NCBI GenBank assembly: GCA_947474995.1
Contig: CANJNJ010000020.1
Coordinates: 11,036 to 43,035 of the forward strand
Length of the DNA: 32,000 bases
DNA from: Opitutaceae bacterium
Lineage (GTDB): Bacteria; Verrucomicrobiota; Verrucomicrobiia; Opitutales; Opitutaceae
Direction: 5' to 3'
The number at the start of each line of letters is the position of its first letter. Position 1 is the stretch's first letter. The position numbers were made by a program, and so were the translations under genes. The notes under the pieces are model-generated. The model did not search any database and was not told where the DNA came from. It saw nothing but the letters and a program-made list of their open reading frames with translations. Below are positions 26,597 to 32,000 of the stretch, piece by piece.

Positions 26597-26602
26597 ACGG
26601 GA

Positions 26603-29600
26603 CTAGAATTGCCGGGTAAGTTCCATGGACCAGATGCGACCCGGGAACAGCGTCGCATGCACCGACGTCGCGTAGCCGGCGGTGTCGGAGGTCAGGGGCG
26701 GCTCCTGATCGAACAGGTTGATTACGCCAACGCGGACCGAGGTGTTGCGCAGCCATTTCGACGCATCGCGATCGAAGCGATAGGCGATCGAGGCGTTGTA
26801 GCTGATGACATCGCGGACGATGTAGCGGTACGCGAAGCTGCCGCTGTCAAACTGCTTGGCGATGTACTTGGGCTCGCCGAGCTGCGTGTACACCGCGGCG
26901 CTCGTCGTCGCGGCAGAGTCGGCAAAAGCCCCGGTGTAATAGGCGCTGAGGTTGCTGCTCCAATTGTTCTTCCGCCAGTTCATCGTGGCGGTGCCGCGCC
27001 ACCGGGTGGTGCCGTCGATATCCAGCCGCTCCTGATTCGTGGGCGTGCCCCCCACGGGCGTCCGGATTTGGTAGGTGCTGATAAGATAGCTCCAATCGGT
27101 GCTGAGCGAAACCCGGCCGATGGGCAGCGTCGGCAGGAGATAGTTCACGCTGAAGTCGATGCCGTTGGCATAACCGCGGGCGAGATTTTCGTACGGCGCA
27201 CTGCGCGAGAAGACGGTGCCCACCGCCGCGACCTGCTGGGCCGCCGGGCGGGTGGAATTGTAGGTAGCGAAGGCCGCCAGTTCTTGAGCCGTCGGCGCAA
27301 AACGCACAATCGCGGGATCGCCCTTGTAGTTGGCCGTGCCGCTGCCGGCATCGATCTGGCCAACCGCCCGGCCGGCGGCCAGCTGGGACTGGGTGTAGGC
27401 ACGGAGGAGCACATTGTCCGAGTCGAGAATCTGGGTGTCCAAGCGCGAGCCCACGACGTCAGCCTGATCGATCTGCCAGTAATCCGCGGTCACCGACAGG
27501 CCCTTAACCCGGGGCACTTCGAGCACTAGGCCGGCACTCTTGCCGGTGGAGACAATCGGTTTCAGCTTCGTGTTGCCCGAGGTATAATTGCGCATCACGT
27601 ACGAGGCCGTCCCCAGGCTCTGCGAGAGATAGGGGTCCACGCGACCGGGCAGGCTGTCGACCGTGAACTGGTTGGGCGCGTAGAGCGTCGGCAGGTTGGG
27701 CGCGGCGAAACCGCGGTTGTAGGAGGCCCGCACCATCAACCCGCTGTAAGGGCGCCAGTTCAGACCAAATTTTGGCCGCGTCGTCGTGCCGAAATCACTG
27801 TAATTCTCATAGCGCGCCGAGGCCGTCAGCTCGAGGGAATGGAAACCCGGGATTTGTTTCTCGGGCATAATCACGGGGATGACGGACTCAACGTACGCGC
27901 TGTAGACATTGCGGTTGCCCGACGAGTCAGGCTTGGGTGAGGCGAGCACGTAGTCGTTGTCGTCCGGGTTCAATCCGGAGCCAGGGGGATTAACCCCGAC
28001 GTAGGGCGCGCGATGGTCAATGAACTGCTCGCGCCGAACCTCGGCGCCCGCGGCCAGCGTCACGGTGTTGCCCAAATAGTGGAACAGCGGACCGGACGTG
28101 CGGAAATCGAAGCTGGTGATGCCGCTGAAGCCTTCGCGCCGCCAGACCTGCACGAAGGTATCGAGGACACTCTTCGGATTCGTGTAGGGCTTGTCGGCGA
28201 CCACTGCATTGCCGGACACGCGGAAAGTGGAGCCGAAGGGATTGAAGGCGGTGGCATCCGTCCGCCGCAGCGCTGCCTGGAACAAGGATTCGCGAACCGC
28301 GCGGGGAGAAATGTCTGAGGTATAGGCCCGCGTATACAGCGCGCCACTTTCCCAGGTCCACTGATCAAAAACCTTGCCGCGCAGGCCCACGACTCCGCGA
28401 TAGACGCCAGAATTGACGTCGACGGCTTCGGCGCCGTTTTCGAGCAAGGACAAGGCGAGGAGCGTAATCGGCTGCGCCGTGCCGGTCAGGCGCGGAGTGC
28501 CGTCGGAGTTGGGGGCCCCCGTCGGAGAAAAAAAACGCGAACCGTACGGGTTGAAGGGATTATCCACCGACAGCGGCGCCAGTTGGTCGCCCGTCGGGGC
28601 GTTGAAATTGATCGGCTGCCGGAAAAGTCGCGTCTTCGCATGATAGAACGAAAGATCGGCGAACATCGTGATGCGATCGGTGAGGTCCACCTCGACGTTG
28701 TTGAACCAGTTGACGCGATCCGTCTTCGACTGGCCGATGGTCTGATATTCAGTGAGGTTGAAATAGAACTCGGGGTTGGCGGCGCGGGTGGGCGCCGCGG
28801 CCGTCAGGGCCAGGTTGCCATTGACCGGACGAAAATAGTTGGTGGCGGTACTCGCGCCGATCCGGAAGGTCGGATAAATGCCAATGGTGGCGCGGTCATC
28901 GAAGGCACTGCCGGGCACATTGAAGGGCGCCGGCGCCAGCGAGGAGTGATCCGCGTTCTTGGTCCGCGCCCGGTCCTTGTAGGGGATGGGCTCGCGTCGC
29001 AGGAAATCAACCGTGGTAAGCCAGCGGCCCTTGCCGGCGCCGAATTCACGTCCGTAGGTCAGGGTGCTTTGGTAACTCTGGCCCTCCCCGTGCTCCGGCA
29101 CGCCCATGCGGACGCGCAATTCGGTGCCGCGAAAATCCCTCCGCATGACATAGTTGATCACCCCGGCCACCGCGTCGGAGCCGTAGATGGCGGACGCACC
29201 GTCGCGCAACACGTCGATTCGCTCGATCCCTTGCGTGGGGAGCTGGTTGACATTCACCGAGAACGCCAGCTGGCCACCGTCGGGGGAAGTTACCGGATGG
29301 GGCGCTACCCGGCGGCCGTTGAGCAGCACGAGGGTGTTGCCCGTGCCAATGCCGCGCAGGTTGATGTTGGCGTTGTCGCCGCGCGAGTTGGCGCCGCCGT
29401 TCGTGGATTCATTCAGCGGGACGCTGGTGACCTGCGGCAGGGCGGTGAGGAGTTCGACTGGTGTGATGGCATTGCGGCTATCCATCATCTCCCGGTTGAA
29501 GACTGTGACCGGAAGGACTTTTTCAATCTCCATCCGCTTGATGTTCGAACCGGTGACGGTGAAGGCCTCGAGCTTGAGGGCTTCCTCCTTGCGTGCATCG

Positions 29601-29734
29601 GCCGCGGCGGCCGCGGCTGAAGCCGCTGGCGCCACCTGGGCAGATACGAACGGAACAACAATGAGCGCAGCGGCGAGCAACCCGGCCAGCGCGAGTCGAG
29701 TAGTGTTGGATTTGGTTTTCATAGCGATCGGCAT
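26603..29734 (-). CDS. TonB-dependent outer-membrane receptor
   Basis: 1043 aa. Signal peptide plus an Ala-rich linker, and a plug region (LEAFTVTGSNIKR, ITPVELLTALPQV, INLRGIG...TLVLLNGRR). It has a long beta-barrel with a C-terminal aromatic residue (..MELTRQF). An alternative start is the ATG at 29722. Confidence 0.9.
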   Translation of the reverse strand: MPIAMKTKSNTTRLALAGLLAAALIVVPFVSAQVAPAASAAAAAADARKEEALKLEAFTVTGSNIKRMEIEKVLPVTVFNREMMDSRNAITPVELLTALPQVTSVPLNESTNGGANSRGDNANINLRGIGTGNTLVLLNGRRVAPHPVTSPDGGQLAFSVNVNQLPTQGIERIDVLRDGASAIYGSDAVAGVINYVMRRDFRGTELRVRMGVPEHGEGQSYQSTLTYGREFGAGKGRWLTTVDFLRREPIPYKDRARTKNADHSSLAPAPFNVPGSAFDDRATIGIYPTFRIGASTATNYFRPVNGNLALTAAAPTRAANPEFYFNLTEYQTIGQSKTDRVNWFNNVEVDLTDRITMFADLSFYHAKTRLFRQPINFNAPTGDQLAPLSVDNPFNPYGSRFFSPTGAPNSDGTPRLTGTAQPITLLALSLLENGAEAVDVNSGVYRGVVGLRGKVFDQWTWESGALYTRAYTSDISPRAVRESLFQAALRRTDATAFNPFGSTFRVSGNAVVADKPYTNPKSVLDTFVQVWRREGFSGITSFDFRTSGPLFHYLGNTVTLAAGAEVRREQFIDHRAPYVGVNPPGSGLNPDDNDYVLASPKPDSSGNRNVYSAYVESVIPVIMPEKQIPGFHSLELTASARYENYSDFGTTTRPKFGLNWRPYSGLMVRASYNRGFAAPNLPTLYAPNQFTVDSLPGRVDPYLSQSLGTASYVMRNYTSGNTKLKPIVSTGKSAGLVLEVPRVKGLSVTADYWQIDQADVVGSRLDTQILDSDNVLLRAYTQSQLAAGRAVGQIDAGSGTANYKGDPAIVRFAPTAQELAAFATYNSTRPAAQQVAAVGTVFSRSAPYENLARGYANGIDFSVNYLLPTLPIGRVSLSTDWSYLISTYQIRTPVGGTPTNQERLDIDGTTRWRGTATMNWRKNNWSSNLSAYYTGAFADSAATTSAAVYTQLGEPKYIAKQFDSGSFAYRYIVRDVISYNASIAYRFDRDASKWLRNTSVRVGVINLFDQEPPLTSDTAGYATSVHATLFPGRIWSMELTRQF

Positions 29735-30012
29735 CGTGGGATGGGAATCAGGTCAATTAGCTGGGGGCAGAGAACGAAGTGAATTGGGTCAGGATTTTTT
29801 TCGCCGCACGGCCACGTTAGTCCGGTGCGAAAAGGGGTACTGGAGTCGCGCGCGTCACTTTTGCCATTCGCCCCACCTGCGACCGCACTTCGGCTTCATC
29901 CCATTGCGCAGTACCGGAGCATCCGGCGGCAACGCTCTTGATGATGGAGGAGCCTGCATGGTTCATCGCAAGATCCAGAAGCGGGAGCGACCGAACACAA
30001 AGGAAAAGGCCG

Positions 30013-30043
30013 CAACTAGAGTTGATTCTTACAACACAAGTTG
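30013..30043. promoter_or_regulatory. Two tandem CAAC-N4-GTTG palindromes upstream of the regulator gene (candidate operator)
   Basis: CAACTAGAGTTG (30013-30024) and CAACACAAGTTG (30032-30043), centres 19 bp apart. They sit in a locally AT-richer stretch 14 bp before the ATG at 30057. Confidence 0.3.
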
Positions 30044-30056
30044 CAGGCTCTCGCCA

Positions 30057-31535
30057 ATGGCCCGCGCGACACTGCTTACCTTTGTCAGCTACCGGGATCC
30101 CTACCAGACGGACAACCACGAGGACGGAAAGCTCAAGGGCCCCGTCCTGACGGTTCTCGACGAGCGAAAGTTCGACCGGGTCGTCCTCTTTTCCCGCCCC
30201 CACCGGCGCGATCAGGTCGAACGAACCCGGCTCGCGCTCCGGGAGTCGCATCCCAGGCTGGCCGTCGAGATCCACGAACTCGCGATCGCCGATTCCACCT
30301 ACCACCCTGGGATCCTCGCCGTCCTGCGCCCCGCCCTCGCCAAAATCCGGCGGGCCCAGCCGGATGACGAGTACTCCATTTCATTGCTCTCCGGCACGCC
30401 GGAGATTCACGCCTGCTGGGTGCTCATCGCCGTCGCGGGCGAATTCCCCGCCCGGCTCCTCAACTACCGGCGTACAGTACACAACGGACTCGCGGGGCCG
30501 CGCTTGTTGCGCGAGCTCGACTGGAGTCATCCTCTCGCCGCGATCAAACCGGAGACCCTGGCCTTGCTTTCGACGCGCCGCGACCGCTGGGATGACATCG
30601 AGCAGCAGGGCCCAGCCGGCAATATGCCGCGCCACTATTTCATTCGGCGTTCGCTGGAGCAGGCCGTGCAACTCAGCCGCCACACGACCCCGTTGCTGAT
30701 CCAGGGTGAGCCTGGCACCCAAAAGCACCTCATGGCCGCCTTGGTCCACCAGTTGGGAGCACGCCATACCGGGCCTTTGGTCATCTTTAACTGCGCCACG
30801 CTGCCGAACGATTTGTTTGAAGCCGCATTTTTCGGCGAAGCGGGAGACGAAGCCGGCGGCAAGCTGCGCCAGGCGGACGGCGGCACGCTCACGCTCATCA
30901 AAATCCAGCATGTGCCGCCGCCGGTCCTCGCCCGCCTGTTCAAGGCCTCCGACGATGGCTACTATTATGGTGCGGGTTCGCGCGTGCCGGTGAAGACGAG
31001 CGTGCGGCTGATCGGCACGACGGACCGCAATCTGGAAGAGGAGGTTCGCCTCGGGCAATTCCCCGCGGATATCTGGCGGAGGCTCCAGGCCAGCATGGTC
31101 CGGCTGCCCCCCCTGCGCGAACGCCCGGGCGACGCCGCGCGGCTCGCCCGGGAAGAATTGGAGCGTCTCAATCGTACGCTGCCGCGACCGAAGCGCTTTT
31201 CCCCGGGCGCTCTCGCCAAGCTGGAGAGCCATGCGTGGCCCAGCAACGTCAGCGAACTGCGCCGGGTGATCGAACAAGCCGTCGTCAACGCCGAGCAAAC
31301 CGTGATTCAGCCCGGAGACATCGACCTCGATCTTTCGGTGAACCTGACCAACACGTTTGCCAGCGCGGTGCCTCGCATCCGCGAGGGATTCTCCATGGAG
31401 GAATACCTGCGCACCATCAAGCACAGCCTCGTGCAAAGCGTCCTGCGCAAGACCCGCGGCAATCAGAGCGAGGCGGCTCGCCTGCTCGGAGTCAGCCCGC
31501 AGGCGGTCAGCAAGCTGCTCAAGAACTCCCGCTAG
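30057..31535 (+). CDS. RtcR-like transcriptional regulator: RtcR/CARF-like N-domain + degenerate AAA+ sigma54-activator module + Fis-type HTH
   Basis: The N-domain aligns to E. coli RtcR: EYSISLLSGTPEIHACWVLIAVAGEFPARLLN versus DYLIHITTGTHVAQICWFLLAEARYLPARLIQ. Central module: PLLIQGEPGTQKH, NCATLP, ADGGTLTLIKI, RLIGTT, LPPLRERPGD, WPSNVSEL. C-terminal HTH: GNQSEAARLLGVSPQAVSKLLKN. An alternative start is the ATG at 29958, which has GGAGG 8 nt upstream but is followed by 33 rare-codon-rich residues. The ORF-track start at 29187 overlaps the receptor gene and is rejected. Confidence 0.8.
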   Translation: MARATLLTFVSYRDPYQTDNHEDGKLKGPVLTVLDERKFDRVVLFSRPHRRDQVERTRLALRESHPRLAVEIHELAIADSTYHPGILAVLRPALAKIRRAQPDDEYSISLLSGTPEIHACWVLIAVAGEFPARLLNYRRTVHNGLAGPRLLRELDWSHPLAAIKPETLALLSTRRDRWDDIEQQGPAGNMPRHYFIRRSLEQAVQLSRHTTPLLIQGEPGTQKHLMAALVHQLGARHTGPLVIFNCATLPNDLFEAAFFGEAGDEAGGKLRQADGGTLTLIKIQHVPPPVLARLFKASDDGYYYGAGSRVPVKTSVRLIGTTDRNLEEEVRLGQFPADIWRRLQASMVRLPPLRERPGDAARLAREELERLNRTLPRPKRFSPGALAKLESHAWPSNVSELRRVIEQAVVNAEQTVIQPGDIDLDLSVNLTNTFASAVPRIREGFSMEEYLRTIKHSLVQSVLRKTRGNQSEAARLLGVSPQAVSKLLKNSR

Positions 31536-31654
31536 CTCTCCGAGCTCCGATGTGGCACGGCAAAAAAAACTGCTGATAGTTCTGGGTTCGCCGCATGCGG
31601 TCGCCACTGATTCGAACGGCACGGGCCTGCACGCGGTAACCGCAGTGATCCCCC

Positions 31655-32000
31655 TCAGGCATTAAGTTTGAGTTCGGCGAGGAGCGCATCGAATAGCGGA
31701 TGGCCCTTCAAGGCCTCTAGGTCGGGATCCTGCTCGATCCATTCGGCATCGCGATAGCCATGAGTCACGGCCTGCCGTAGGGCCTGCAAAGCGTCGCGCT
31801 TGCGCTTGGAGAGCGCAAGGCTGCACGCGAGATTGTAGTGGGCGGTGGCGTTGTCGGGCTGAAGCTTAACGAGGCGGCGATCCATCCTGAGCCCATCAGC
31901 GATCCGCCCCTGCCGGGTGTACAAGCCGCCGAGGATTTCCACGACGTCGGCATAATTTGGCACGCGGTGCAAAACCGATTCGAAAAAGCGAATATCGAAT
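31655..32000 (-). CDS. TPR-repeat protein, C-terminal part (continues beyond the window edge)
   Basis: TPR-like AHYNLACSLALSKRKRDALQALRQAV and terminal DPDLEALKGHPLFDALL. The ORF-track start at 31972 is TTG, and the frame stays open to position 32000. Confidence 0.55.
   Translation of the reverse strand, partial: FDIRFFESVLHRVPNYADVVEILGGLYTRQGRIADGLRMDRRLVKLQPDNATAHYNLACSLALSKRKRDALQALRQAVTHGYRDAEWIEQDPDLEALKGHPLFDALLAELKLNA

Noticed and set aside
26508-26756. The ORF-track N-terminal extension of the M20 hydrolase, overlapping the receptor 3' end.
   Set aside because: The internal ATG at 26507 gives a canonical signal peptide (MKRLLPILLASLLPVAAQ). The extension has no homology and overlaps the receptor's conserved C-terminal strand.
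29601-29640. A GC-rich GCCGCGGCGGCCGCGGCTGAAGCCGC quasi-repeat.
   Set aside because: It encodes the poly-Ala linker (AASAAAAAADA) after the receptor signal peptide. This is coding low complexity, not a repeat element.
29187-30056. The ORF-track N-terminal extension of the regulator, giving a 782-aa version.
   Set aside because: It would overlap about 550 bp of the TonB receptor gene on the other strand, and its translation is low-complexity Ser/Ala/Arg sequence. RtcR homology begins right at the Met at 30057.
31553-31573. TGGCAC followed by A8 and TGC downstream of the regulator, resembling a sigma54 -24 element.
   Set aside because: The GG-to-GC spacing is about 17 nt instead of 11, there is no TTGC, and no +strand gene follows.
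31600-31625. A GTTCGAATC string on the minus strand resembling a tRNA T-loop.
   Set aside because: The flanking bases do not form a T-stem (GCCG and CAGT are not complementary). No acceptor or anticodon arms can be drawn.
1-32000. A scan for CRISPR arrays, IS elements or transposases, integrases, phage genes, rRNA/tRNA and toxin-antitoxin pairs.
   Set aside because: I saw no regularly spaced direct repeats, no terminal inverted repeats flanking a transposase-like ORF and no recombinase motifs. None of the six intergenic gaps longer than 100 bp folds as a tRNA.

Overview
This is a GC-rich, densely coding bacterial chromosomal window with about 30 CDS. I recognised no rRNA, tRNA, CRISPR, transposase or integrase. 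Gene content suggests a Verrucomicrobiota (Opitutales-like) or Planctomycetota-type genome: a 'Minf_1886-like' conserved hypothetical, Opitutaceae-style TonB receptor N-termini, and almost no Shine-Dalgarno sites. That taxonomic call is inference only.

Several ORF-track starts are TTG/GTG codons or upstream extensions, and I re-trimmed them by reading the codons.

Layout:
- 100-930 (-): glutaminyl cyclase lipoprotein.
- 938-7524 (+): a tightly packed seven-gene array: M24 aminopeptidase, heptose-7-P kinase, GmhB, secreted amidohydrolase, MutM, TlyA, NadK.
- 7626-11539 (-): Minf_1886-like gene, fused double M16 peptidase and DUF3445, divergent from a Fur-family gene whose metal ligands are mostly replaced (11668-12198, +).
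- 12329-13231 (+): Tat-exported TIM-barrel isomerase.
- 13597-29734 (-): a 16 kb co-directional block: gatCAB, a serine hydrolase, pheST, rplT, rpmI, then an accessory operon of TonB-dependent receptor, secreted AbgB-like M20 hydrolase, N-formylglutamate-amidohydrolase-family enzyme and YfcC transporter.
- 30057-31535 (+): a divergent regulator.
- 31655-32000 (-): a partial TPR gene.

The most interesting item is the regulator. It has an RtcR-type (CARF-like) N-terminal sensor fused to an AAA+ sigma54-activator module in which the Walker A, GAFTGA loop, Walker B, one Arg and the sensor II Arg are all visibly degenerate. It sits next to a TonB-dependent amide-hydrolysis/uptake operon rather than next to rtcBA RNA-repair genes.

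Secondary candidates are the Fur-like / Minf_1886 / M16 / DUF3445 module and a MutM with a half-lost zinc finger.
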